From: Nitrospirota bacterium
GTDB taxonomy: Bacteria; Nitrospirota; Thermodesulfovibrionia; Thermodesulfovibrionales; JdFR-88
Reading direction: 5' to 3'
NCBI GenBank assembly: GCA_021819985.1
Contig: JAKAEG010000001.1
Span: 1 to 29,204 of the forward strand
Length of the DNA stretch: 29,204 nt
Of this stretch, positions 8,629 to 16,643 are shown piece after piece (within the stretch, counting starts at the first letter, position 1; every line of letters begins with the position of its first letter). The notes below the pieces were generated by a model. That model searched no databases and was not told where the DNA came from. It saw only the letters and a list, made by a program, of their open reading frames with translations. A program made the position numbers and the translations under genes.

Positions 8629-8874
8629 CTAGAGTCCTTCGAATATCTTCGACAATGATACACCCAAGGCCTTAGCCAGTTTTCTGAGAGAAGTAATCGT
8701 TGGATTTCTCTCGCCTCTTTCTATGCCCCCAATATAATTTCTGTGCAGGCCGGACTGTTCGGCTAACTCTTCTTGCGAGAGGCCAGTCGCCATTCTTAAG
8801 CCTCTAAGCTGCTTTCCCAGCCTTCTTAAGAAGGTATCCATAAGTGGATTATTTTGTGGCTGGGCTGAATTCAT
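8629..8874 (-). CDS. XRE-family HTH regulator, R-M controller (C) protein-like
   Basis: [40 protein letters not shown], close to the C.AhdI/C.Esp1396I pattern; start could be 8841. Confidence 0.9.
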   Translation of the reverse strand: MNSAQPQNNPLMDTFLRRLGKQLRGLRMATGLSQEELAEQSGLHRNYIGGIERGERNPTITSLRKLAKALGVSLSKIFEGL

Positions 8875-8879
8875 GTCTA

Positions 8880-8907
8880 CACACTATGAGTGTGATTCTG
8901 TTATAAT
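8880..8907 (+). promoter_or_regulatory. C-box-like operator CACACT-ATG-AGTGTG (8880-8894) plus extended -10 TGnTATAAT (8899-8907)
   Basis: Perfect 6-bp inverted repeat 5 nt from the XRE ATG; consensus extended -10. Confidence 0.7.
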
Positions 8908-8955
8908 TGCATCTGGCAAAGAAGAGAAAACGGAACCGGAAAGGAGGATATTGAA

Positions 8956-9375
8956 ATTTTCCAGACGGGGGAACACCGGAAAAATATCCTGCTTGTGGAT
9001 GACAAAAAGGACGTCCTGCAACCTCTGGCGGAAGGGCTGAGGGTTTCCGGAGAATTCGACGTATTCACGGCCGAAAACGGCAGGAAGGCGCTGGAGATAT
9101 TCAAGTCCGGCCGCAAAGTGGATGTTCTTGTTACCGATATAGAAATGCCAGTGATGGACGGGTTCGAGCTTCTGGCTCAAGTAAAAAAGGATTACCCTGA
9201 TACACCAGCCATTGTGCTTACCGGCCACATAACCCACAAAATTAAAGAGCAGCTCAAGGCAATCGGGGACTTTGTCTGTATCCAGAAACCTGTCAGTTTC
9301 TGGGAACTCCGGCGGAAGATAATAGATGAACTTCGTATTCACTCCGCACGGGGAGAAAATAAAAAAACGAAATAG
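8956..9375 (+). CDS. Stand-alone receiver (REC) protein, paralogue of 1036..1467; probable ATT start
   Basis: HRKNILLVDD is encoded in frame upstream of the first GTG (8995); SD AAGGAGG 8941-8947 lies 8 nt before in-frame ATT 8956; VTDIEMP, VLTG, IQKP intact. Confidence 0.8.
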   Translation: MFQTGEHRKNILLVDDKKDVLQPLAEGLRVSGEFDVFTAENGRKALEIFKSGRKVDVLVTDIEMPVMDGFELLAQVKKDYPDTPAIVLTGHITHKIKEQLKAIGDFVCIQKPVSFWELRRKIIDELRIHSARGENKKTK

Positions 9376-9382
9376 CCCAAAT

Positions 9383-9775
9383 ATGGGGAAATTGAAAATG
9401 CTCAAAAGCGAGAAGGCTACGGGTGAGCTTATCAGGCAGATGAGAAAATCTTCCGGCATGTCGCAAATGCAGCTTGCGGAGAAGGTCGGGATTTCATATC
9501 AGCAGGTCCAGAAATACGAGAAAGGGGTAAACAGGCTCACCGTTCCAAGGATGAAGCAGATATCATGGGCGCTGGGAGTGCCCGCAAGTCTTTTCCTCGA
9601 TGAAGGAAACCTGCTTATGCCCGGGCAGCAAAAAGAAACGGGGCGGAATTGCCTTTTGGACGACGAGGCTAGGCTGCTCATGCTGTTCAGAAGAATCCGC
9701 AGCAGAAAGCTAAAACATGGCTTCATAGAGATGCTTGAGGATGTTGTAAATATATCGAATGGCAAGAAAAACTGA
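9383..9775 (+). CDS. XRE-family HTH regulator
   Basis: GMSQMQLAEKVGISYQQVQKYEKGVNRL; start 9383 or 9398. Confidence 0.88.
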   Translation: MGKLKMLKSEKATGELIRQMRKSSGMSQMQLAEKVGISYQQVQKYEKGVNRLTVPRMKQISWALGVPASLFLDEGNLLMPGQQKETGRNCLLDDEARLLMLFRRIRSRKLKHGFIEMLEDVVNISNGKKN

Positions 9776-9776
9776 A

Positions 9777-10097
9777 ATGCCGATTACTCGCGCCAGATCC
9801 ATTCTTTCGATTGTCTTGATTCTATTTATCCTGGGCGTGGCGGTGGTGGCGGGAGCGGCCAATTCTTTACAGAAAAGTCCCGAGTATCAGACCGCGGGGG
9901 CCCATAACCAATCCGAGGACGCCATGTTATCTGATATAAAACACCGTTGCGCTGCTGACCTCGGCCCGGGCTACTCCTTGCAGGTGCAAAAGACGTATAA
10001 TGGCGGCTATCTGTTCATTTGCGCCCAAAAGGATGATAACGCAAAAGGAATGCTGTATCCACGGCTTGTTCCGTCAGAAGCGCAAAAGCCCTTTTGA
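9777..10097 (+). CDS. Small exported hypothetical protein
   Basis: Basic N-terminus plus hydrophobic SILSIVLILFILGVAVVAGAA signal/TM; two Cys; ATG 1 nt after the XRE stop. Confidence 0.6.
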   Translation: MPITRARSILSIVLILFILGVAVVAGAANSLQKSPEYQTAGAHNQSEDAMLSDIKHRCAADLGPGYSLQVQKTYNGGYLFICAQKDDNAKGMLYPRLVPSEAQKPF

Positions 10098-10111
10098 TTC
10101 ACGGGCTATTT

Positions 10112-11497
10112 TTATTTCTGTATCTTCGGTCGCACCTCCTCGATCTCCCTTATCCTCCCTTTCTTCATCTCCTCAAAATATGACACGGTTTCCCCGAAGG
10201 CCTCGGCGTTGAAGGGCGTGTAGAAAGAGGAGAGTTCCTTGCCGTCCTCCATCTGGACGATGAATGGTCCGCCGAAATAGCCGTCCTTTATGAGCCCGCG
10301 CGAGATGGCGTCCTTCTCTCGTCGAAGGTTGCAGACGATTGAGTAGAGGATATTTCTCTTAAGCTCCCGGTCCGAGTCCATGAGGGCGACATCAGGATTA
10401 CCCTTGCCGAGCTTCTTGGCCGCCTCTTCGAGCACCCCGGCCTGAAAGTACACATGTCCGTCCGGCATCGAGAAGGCGCTCCACCGCTGGCCGTCCAGGC
10501 GGTTGATATAAGGTTTCAGCTCCGCCAGGAACTTTTCGGCATCGAACCAGGGAAGAGGGACTTCCTTCAGCTTGACCTTCTCTTTTTCTTTCTTGGCATG
10601 GGTGATAAAGATACTGTCTTTTTCGGTCGGGCCCGCTTCCGCTTTCGGGGCCGACTGAAGAGGCTCCTCCGGTCTGCCAGGCTCCGGACCGGACCCGCCC
10701 TCAGTAGGGCGCTCCTGGATGTTACTGGCAATCTCCGTTCGCCTGGCATCCTGGTCCGCTTCCTTGAGCTTTTCTCCAAGCAGCCCCTTTGGGTACCTGT
10801 GGTGGTCGACAATGGCTTTATTGACATCGTCCTTATAGGGAAGCCCTGCGTAGCCCGGGAGGCCCTCCAGAATCGTTACGCTTATGAGTGGGTGGTCTCC
10901 CAGGGAGTAAAGGGTTTTTCTAAAAGAGGGGAGTTTGCCCAAGTCATGCCCCAGGGCGGCAATCAGAACCTTGGGAAGCATCGCGACGGATCCCTTGAAG
11001 GCTTTTATCATCTCTTCCGCCACGTCCAGGGTATGCCGGTAGAGTTTTACCCCGGCCAGGACGTCATAGGCGTTTTTGTCTGTGAAGCCTTCGGCTTCGC
11101 CCTTACCATTCACAACGGATGGGCAATCCCCCTCCCGATCGAGAAGTTGAAGAATTTCCCTGACCACGGTGCCGGCGGGAGTGGCGGAAAAGGTCCGCTC
11201 TTTTACGTACTCATCATAAAAATCCCGTATCTCCGGATGATCGAAGGCGAGGTCTTCGGCCTCCGCGGGCGGTGGCTGCCCGGCCTGGTTCCTCCAGAGG
11301 CCGGCAAGTTGCTCCAGGGATATCTCGGCGTTTCTGTGCCGGGACCAGATGGTGGACAGGGTCTCCAGGGCGATTTCCTTCTTGCCGCCCTTTTTCCGGG
11401 AGGGAAGGCCCTGTCCGGGCCCGGCGGACGGGCAAAGCGTCTTCCAGAGCCCGAAAGCGGCCGCCGCGATCCCAACGATCAGGGCCAGCTCAAACAT
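10112..11497 (-). CDS. HD-domain protein with N-terminal TM, possible MOBH/TraI_2-like relaxase
   Basis: H...HD...H...HH...D set (RHTLDV, LGHDLGK, DHP, DHH, EADQ); N-terminal MFELALIVGIAAAAFGLW; ATG 11497 overlaps the T4CP stop. Confidence 0.7.
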   Translation of the reverse strand: MFELALIVGIAAAAFGLWKTLCPSAGPGQGLPSRKKGGKKEIALETLSTIWSRHRNAEISLEQLAGLWRNQAGQPPPAEAEDLAFDHPEIRDFYDEYVKERTFSATPAGTVVREILQLLDREGDCPSVVNGKGEAEGFTDKNAYDVLAGVKLYRHTLDVAEEMIKAFKGSVAMLPKVLIAALGHDLGKLPSFRKTLYSLGDHPLISVTILEGLPGYAGLPYKDDVNKAIVDHHRYPKGLLGEKLKEADQDARRTEIASNIQERPTEGGSGPEPGRPEEPLQSAPKAEAGPTEKDSIFITHAKKEKEKVKLKEVPLPWFDAEKFLAELKPYINRLDGQRWSAFSMPDGHVYFQAGVLEEAAKKLGKGNPDVALMDSDRELKRNILYSIVCNLRREKDAISRGLIKDGYFGGPFIVQMEDGKELSSFYTPFNAEAFGETVSYFEEMKKGRIREIEEVRPKIQK

Positions 11498-12869
11498 CGG
11501 GCCGCCTGTCCCTCTGTGGACCGTCAATTTCCGCCATTCCCTCCACCGCGCTTATACTGGGAAGCTTGATGTGAACATATGGGTTCGAGACGTCCTCGGT
11601 CTTTCCTACGTAAGCGCCAGAGTAGCCCATCATGTAGAATTTTCTCGCGGGGAGATTAAGCACGTCCTGCGGCTTTAGCACCGGCTCTTCCATCTGCCTC
11701 ACTGTCATGCCGCCGCCCACACTCAGTATCGGCGCATATTTCGCCTTTTCCCCGAAATGGTCCGCTACGTATTGGGCCGTCTTCGCATCAGGGACCCTCA
11801 TGAAGAGCTTTGTATTGGTGTTGTCCAGTATCACGTTTGCGTAGTCCTCGCCCAGGGCCGCGTAAAGCTGGCTTACGGACTGGGAAAAACCGTGCACCCA
11901 CACGCCTGCCCCGCCGGCCTTGGCGAAGAGGTCGTCTATGCCGTAGTAAAGGACGTTCTGGGCCTCGTCTATGTAGAGACAAAGGGGCGGCGTGACCTTT
12001 CTGCCGGAGGCGAACACCCGCCCCACAAAGCTCTGTATCATCGAGATCACCACCTTCCCCAGGGTGTAAGCGGCCCTCCTGGTGATGAGAGAGGCAAGCT
12101 GGACGATCATAATCACCCGTTTGCCCTCTTCCAGCCGCTTTAAAAACCTGTTTTCATCGGCGCGGCCTATGATCTTCCCGATGTTGCCGGAGGTAAGCTC
12201 CATGAGGGCCACGCGCAGCGAGGAGGACACCTTACCGTAGTAATCCTGCGGGGAGTCGAGGATTTTCTGCATGTCGGAGGAAAGCTGTCTGGCCTCATCG
12301 GAGTCTATCGAGTCGATCTCGGCCTTGAGGTTTTCCAAGTCGGTATGGGAAATCCGGTTTTTTACGTCATTCAGGTTGAAGAGGGGCGGTTTCCCCTCGT
12401 TCTTGGCCAGAAGGATGAGACCCTGGACCACGACAAGACTTACCTCGTAAGCGACATTGTAGAAAAATTTCTCCTTGCCTACTTCGACGCCAGAGACTAT
12501 GTGCCCCACCAGCTCCTCGGGCATGAAATAATAGGCCAGCGGGTCTATGATGGCGCTGTAGGCCGGAAATACCGGCGTGACGAGCATAAGCTCCTCCTGT
12601 CGGCCCTCCTCGAAGGCCGCCTGGACTATCTTGGAGAAAATCTCAGCGTCTCCCTTGGGATCTATGAGGACCACGCTGTGGCCCTTTCTTATGTCCTGCT
12701 CGGCCATGTTCTCTATGACTCGGGTCTTGCCCACGCGGGTGGTCCCGAAGCACCAGAGGTGGCCGTTACGATGCGCGTCCGGGATGGCTATCCGGATATT
12801 GCGGGTGGGATCGGCGAGTTTCTGGCCCCGGCCGAGTATGAGCTGGCTCTCCTTATCTCCCCCGGACAA
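11490..12869 (-). CDS. traD: Type IV coupling protein (TraD/VirD4-like ATPase) without N-terminal TM
   Basis: HLWCFGTTRVGKT (Walker A), VLIDPKGD, LYIDEA (Walker B), FSQSVSQL, NTNTKLFMRV. Confidence 0.82.
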   Translation of the reverse strand: MSGGDKESQLILGRGQKLADPTRNIRIAIPDAHRNGHLWCFGTTRVGKTRVIENMAEQDIRKGHSVVLIDPKGDAEIFSKIVQAAFEEGRQEELMLVTPVFPAYSAIIDPLAYYFMPEELVGHIVSGVEVGKEKFFYNVAYEVSLVVVQGLILLAKNEGKPPLFNLNDVKNRISHTDLENLKAEIDSIDSDEARQLSSDMQKILDSPQDYYGKVSSSLRVALMELTSGNIGKIIGRADENRFLKRLEEGKRVIMIVQLASLITRRAAYTLGKVVISMIQSFVGRVFASGRKVTPPLCLYIDEAQNVLYYGIDDLFAKAGGAGVWVHGFSQSVSQLYAALGEDYANVILDNTNTKLFMRVPDAKTAQYVADHFGEKAKYAPILSVGGGMTVRQMEEPVLKPQDVLNLPARKFYMMGYSGAYVGKTEDVSNPYVHIKLPSISAVEGMAEIDGPQRDRRPDV

Positions 12870-13596
12870 AATGGACGATGATCCTTTCCTTAAGCTCCCC
12901 CGAGACCGCTTTTATGCACTCCCCGGGGACCCTGCCCTCCGCCTCGACCAGGCTGAAAACCCCTGCGGCCCTTTTCACGCACCTGACCCTTATGGCCAGG
13001 AGCCTGTCCGAAAGCTCCCTCTGGAAAAGACCCTCCGTGAGGCTCCGCGATGTCCTGCTCAAGGAGACTTTCAAGACCGGGACGCGGCCGTTTGATGATG
13101 GCGTTACACTCGATACGTAGAAGTTAAGATAGTCCCCGGTCCGGTAAAGGCCCCTTTCCTTGGGCGTCTGATGCTCTTTTTCGCATACCCCGACCACAAG
13201 CCAACCGGCGCTGCCGTCCAGCTCGACGAATATGCGCTCCTCGAATACCGCGGCGACATGCCCGCCGATGATCCCGCCTGTGAGGTAGCGGAGTTTTCCG
13301 TAGCCCCGGACCGTGGCCTCCCTTTGAAGGGCGGAGACGATATCGTATTTGATCGCCCGAAGGACGTTCTTTTTAAGGCGCTCCATGGGGAGCAGTTCAA
13401 CCCTGTTTTCCCTGAAGACGTAGATTTCGCATCCCTCTCTGGTCAGCATGCACTCCACATCCAGGCGGAAGATGCCCGACAGAGTGCCGGATATGGACCT
13501 CTCGATGGCCGCTTTCGCCTCGTCGCAGGGAAGCTCGTACTTATCGGCGACGGCCCGGAGGTCAGCGCCGCCTGAAATATCTTTTAAAAACCGCAT
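12853..13596 (-). CDS. Truncated NusA-like protein (NTD, S1, partial KH1)
   Basis: Motifs align by eye with NusA: AVADKYELP, GGIIGGHVAAV, RTGD, LSRT...LFQRE, KRAAG, IKAVSGELKERI; SD AAGGAGG before ATG 13596. Confidence 0.75.
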   Translation of the reverse strand: MRFLKDISGGADLRAVADKYELPCDEAKAAIERSISGTLSGIFRLDVECMLTREGCEIYVFRENRVELLPMERLKKNVLRAIKYDIVSALQREATVRGYGKLRYLTGGIIGGHVAAVFEERIFVELDGSAGWLVVGVCEKEHQTPKERGLYRTGDYLNFYVSSVTPSSNGRVPVLKVSLSRTSRSLTEGLFQRELSDRLLAIRVRCVKRAAGVFSLVEAEGRVPGECIKAVSGELKERIIVHFVRGR

Positions 13597-13990
13597 AGAC
13601 CCTCCTTGCGTACCGCGCTCTTTTTTCGTTGTCCGAGGCGTTGTAGCAGCCCACAGCCTCCCATGTATAGCCGTACCTCCGGACGCACCGGGCCAGTATC
13701 CAGGCGCCTGCTTTGACATTAGTGCAGGGATTCCCAAGAGACCGCCAGACGCCCATGCCAAGCGTCGGGGCCCAGGCTGAGTTGATCTGCATGAGACCGT
13801 AATCGTATGTGCCGTTTTGGTTCCAGTTGACCGCCTGGGGGGTGAAATCAGACTCGACCTTTGCGATCGACCAAAGGAGCCGGGGAGATACGCCGTACTT
13901 CGCCCCCGCGGCCTCGAAGCAGAAGGCGTAGGCCGGGGCGGCGGATGAAAGAATGAGGATCAAGGCAATAAGGGCCCTTTTTATATCCAT
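13562..13990 (-). CDS. Lytic transglycosylase (SLT; VirB1/TrbN/IagB-like) with signal peptide
   Basis: IAKVES (catalytic Glu), GLMQIN, NVKAGAWIL, AVGCYNA; signal ending AYA-F. Confidence 0.92.
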   Translation of the reverse strand: MDIKRALIALILILSSAAPAYAFCFEAAGAKYGVSPRLLWSIAKVESDFTPQAVNWNQNGTYDYGLMQINSAWAPTLGMGVWRSLGNPCTNVKAGAWILARCVRRYGYTWEAVGCYNASDNEKRARYARRVYAVFKRYFRRR

Positions 13991-14199
13991 CTATAGTGAT
14001 ATAGGCAGGGGGCAACTTTAAGCGGGCGCGTTCAGTTCAAGACGCAAGGTTTTCACCGAGAAAAGATGCTTTTGATGGCCGGGTCGGGGTTCGGAGTCCC
14101 TTCAACTTCGCAGGGTACTTACTCTGCTTCTGATGCTAAGATTTGCCCTGAAATCTGTTGTGAGTCTATTCTTTGCAAAATGCAGTGTACGACTAGAAA

Positions 14200-14371
14200 T
14201 TATGCTATGGGGATTTCGTAATCCTTTACTGAAAAAGCCATTTCGTTTTTTTTCGGTCAGTGTGTGTCCCGACACGTGGCGGCTCTTACTCCTGAATTTT
14301 ATTGAATTCGAAATGAGGTTCTGTGAGAGTTGTATCATCTGGATCGGGTCAGCGGCTACTCTTGGCAGCTA
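14200..14371 (-). pseudogene. Decayed sensor histidine kinase HATPase_c fragment
   Basis: *LPRVAADPIQMIQLSQNLISNSIKFRS (N box), then frameshifted PPRV, KWLF, SVKDYEIPI (degenerate SVxDNGxGI G1 box). Confidence 0.7.
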
Positions 14372-14441
14372 ATCCATCCTTTCGGGAAGAGTATTATTTT
14401 CACATTGAGCCGCAAAGAAAAGGAATAGTCAATTCGCTCAG

Positions 14442-14470
14442 TTGACATTTAAGTCTGCATGTGATTTAAT
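14442..14470 (+). promoter_or_regulatory. Sigma70 promoter TTGACA-N17-TTTAAT (TG extension)
   Basis: Consensus -35, correct spacing, directly before the riboswitch. Confidence 0.75.
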
Positions 14471-14484
14471 CAGAATCGAGTTTA

Positions 14485-14680
14485 GGTTTACAGGTGCCCT
14501 AAAGGGCATTAAAGGGAATCCCGTGGAAATCGGGAGCGGTCCCGCCGCTGTAACCGGGGACAAACCTTCAGTAAAGCCACTGTGCCTTATAAAAGGCATG
14601 GGAAGGCGAAGGTGAGGATGAACCGGGAGCCAGAAGACCTGCCTGTGAGCAATTAGAGAAGGAACTTCTCGCGGAAGAAG
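14485..14680 (+). promoter_or_regulatory. Cobalamin riboswitch 1
   Basis: CAGGTGC, AAAGGGAA, GTGGAAATC, CCCGCCGCTGT, GCCACTG 14576, GGGAAGG 14600, GAGCCAGAAGACCTGCC 14627; P13 CTTCT-CGCGGA-AGAAG 14665-14680. Confidence 0.95.
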
Positions 14681-14731
14681 GAAGGACGGGGATGGTAAAC
14701 CCGTCCGCAAGGGATGAAGCAAACTGGGTGC

Positions 14732-14773
14732 AATCCCGATGGCTGTCACCGGCCATCGGGATTTTTGTTTTTT
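14732..14773 (+). terminator. Intrinsic terminator of riboswitch 1 expression platform
   Basis: Perfect 12-bp stem AATCCCGATGGC/GCCATCGGGATT followed by a T tract. Confidence 0.88.
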
Positions 14774-14795
14774 AAGCCAAAAAAAGGAGGGATTT

Positions 14796-15494
14796 ATGCA
14801 TATCGAAGACGGGATTCTGCCGCCCAAGGCTTGGGGGTTCTGGTACGCAGTAGCAATGCTTTTCATTATTCCAGGTGTAAGAGAAATTAAAAGACGCGTT
14901 CGTGAGAACCTGTCTTACAAGCCGTTTCTTGCCATGGTGGGGGTTGCCGTCTTTGTAATCTCGGCCATGCATTTGCCGGTACCCGTGACCGGCTCCTGTT
15001 CGCACCCCTGCGGCACGCCTCTTGCGGCAATAGTGATTGGCCCGTTTGCAACGGCCGTAGTATCGGCCATAGTGCTTTTTTTTCAGGCCATTTTTCTTGG
15101 GCACGGAGGTATCACCACCATCGGGGCCAACGATTTTTCCATGGGCATAGTCGGGGGAATATCCGGCTATCTCTGCTGGAAATTCCTCAGGCGCTTCAAT
15201 TCCCCCTTATGGCTGGCCGGCGGCGTAGCTGGTTTTGTTGGCGACGTGATGACGTACCTTACATCCGCTTTCGAGCTGGCCTGGAGCCTGCATGGCCATA
15301 TCCCGCTTCTCAAACAATGGATGATCTTTTTTGCGGGGTATGGGCCGACGCAGTTGCCGCTGGCCGTTGCCGAGGCCGTTTTCACCGCCGCCGTGTTGCA
15401 AGTGATGTACAACCGCAGGCCGGATCTGCTGCCGGGCGTGACGGGCAGGAAAAAGACATTTAGTGAAATCGGAAAGGCTGAGGCGAAAGGATAG
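14796..15494 (+). CDS. cbiM: Cobalt ECF transporter S component CbiM
   Basis: N-terminal MHIEDG, GSCSHPCG, FQAIFLGHGGITTIGAN; SD AAAGGAGG; under a B12 riboswitch. Confidence 0.92.
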   Translation: MHIEDGILPPKAWGFWYAVAMLFIIPGVREIKRRVRENLSYKPFLAMVGVAVFVISAMHLPVPVTGSCSHPCGTPLAAIVIGPFATAVVSAIVLFFQAIFLGHGGITTIGANDFSMGIVGGISGYLCWKFLRRFNSPLWLAGGVAGFVGDVMTYLTSAFELAWSLHGHIPLLKQWMIFFAGYGPTQLPLAVAEAVFTAAVLQVMYNRRPDLLPGVTGRKKTFSEIGKAEAKG

Positions 15495-15500
15495 GGTGAT

Positions 15501-15827
15501 ATGAAAAAGAATAAGGATAGCAAGGCAGAAACTGTCACCTGGTTTGATCCCTTCACGCGCTGGATGCTGATAATCATGTTCGTATTGCTGGCAGTAATTT
15601 TCGTTGCGGCAAAATACATGGACTTGCATCACATGCTTGGCGGCGGTACGGACGATACGGTAAACGCCATGGCCTCCAGGGTGGCCGATACGAAGGCCGC
15701 CCACCCGTTCGTCAACTTGCCCGGCGACGCCCAGGTCGGCGCATTTTCCGTGGCCAACTTCTTTGCGGGCATGATCGTTGGGCACAATTGGAAAAAGCTG
15801 TTTGAAAGGGAGAAAGAGGATTTTTAG
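15501..15827 (+). CDS. cbiN: CbiN-like cobalt transport accessory protein
   Basis: Two TM with GGGTDD...PGD loop; lies between cbiM and cbiQ. Confidence 0.7.
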   Translation: MKKNKDSKAETVTWFDPFTRWMLIIMFVLLAVIFVAAKYMDLHHMLGGGTDDTVNAMASRVADTKAAHPFVNLPGDAQVGAFSVANFFAGMIVGHNWKKLFEREKEDF

Positions 15828-15828
15828 C

Positions 15829-16623
15829 ATGCAGTATGTCGCATTTGACGGGCAACCGAGCACGACGTATCTTCACCGTCTGGACGGGCGAGTCAAGACA
15901 AGCGTCCTTTTAAGCGCAATAGTCATTGTCACTGCTCTGACCAAATTGCCTCTGGTGGCCTGCCTCTTACTCGCTGCTCTGGCTCTTCTGTATACGCTTC
16001 ACTTGCCGCTTAAAAAAGTGTTATGGCGCATGTCCGTCCCTTTTGGCGTAGCCTGGCTGGTGCTCCTGAGCCTGATATTCACTACCGGTCATACGGTCAT
16101 TGTCGCAATTAAATTCTGGCATATTTCAGTGTCCGCTTACAGGGAGGGCATGACGCTTGGTCTCCTGGTAATGCTCCGGATCCTTGCGGCGGTCTCTCTG
16201 GCCATGCTGCTTTCTTTCTCAACCCCGATGATCGAGATACTGGCCACGCTCCGGCTTTTTAAAGTGCCGGGGATCATCCTTGACCTGGCGGACATGATTT
16301 ACCGGTACACGTTCTCACTGGGGGAAATAGCCGCCACCATGCGCAAGGCGCAGCGTGCTCGTGGAGGCGAAGGGCTGCCTTGGCATCGACAGGCCAGGGA
16401 CGCGGGAATAATTGCAGGAAATCTGATGATAAAGGCTTTTGACCGCAGCGTCAGGATTTATAAAGCCATGCTGGCCCGGGGATATGACGAAGACGCCAAA
16501 ACGCCAGCCTATTATACCAGTCCCGTTTCGGGCAAAGATATCCTGGCTGGCATCCTGGCAAGTCTGGTTCTGCTTGTCTTGCTCGTTGGTAATTTTGAGA
16601 CTGCCCGGAAAGGCTGGTTATAG
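15829..16623 (+). CDS. cbiQ: Cobalt ECF transporter T component CbiQ
   Basis: LHRLDGRVK, MIYRYTF, AQRARG, AMLARGY. Confidence 0.92.
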   Translation: MQYVAFDGQPSTTYLHRLDGRVKTSVLLSAIVIVTALTKLPLVACLLLAALALLYTLHLPLKKVLWRMSVPFGVAWLVLLSLIFTTGHTVIVAIKFWHISVSAYREGMTLGLLVMLRILAAVSLAMLLSFSTPMIEILATLRLFKVPGIILDLADMIYRYTFSLGEIAATMRKAQRARGGEGLPWHRQARDAGIIAGNLMIKAFDRSVRIYKAMLARGYDEDAKTPAYYTSPVSGKDILAGILASLVLLVLLVGNFETARKGWL

Positions 16624-16643
16624 AAGGCTGGTCATAAGGGAAA

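Larger units (their letters stand above)
10112..13990 (-). mobile_element. Conjugation/mobilisation-type four-gene module (probable ICE remnant)
   Basis: Lytic transglycosylase, coupling ATPase and HD protein with overlapping starts/stops; visibly GC-richer than flanks; no integrase or T4SS in window. Confidence 0.6.

Noticed and set aside
546-9775. Restriction-modification system implied by the C-protein-like regulators
   Set aside because: No methyltransferase or nuclease gene nearby
10454-11569. 371-aa plus-strand ORF, and similar long antisense ORFs (7372..8046, 15207..15863, 24666..25394, 12345..12881)
   Set aside because: Antisense shadows of well-supported genes; no recognisable motifs
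13597-13761. 55-aa N-terminal extension of the NusA-like ORF in the ORF track
   Set aside because: Lies inside the SLT gene; SD and homology both point to ATG 13596
14005-14090. GGCAAC...GACGCAAGG...GATGGCCGGG resembling a c-di-GMP-I riboswitch
   Set aside because: No GAAA tetraloop/receptor or P1 pairing; no downstream gene on that strand
14085-14112. GGGGTTCGGAGTCCC resembling a tRNA T-arm or att site
   Set aside because: 8-nt loop, no acceptor stem or CCA, no partner repeat in the window
13991-14199. Possible oriT upstream of the SLT
   Set aside because: Only a short AAAAG-ATG-CTTTT palindrome; no nic consensus recognisable
14438-14866. ORFs overlapping the riboswitches (also 14568..14756 and 17789..18082)
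   Set aside because: Explained by riboswitch RNA structure; no protein motifs
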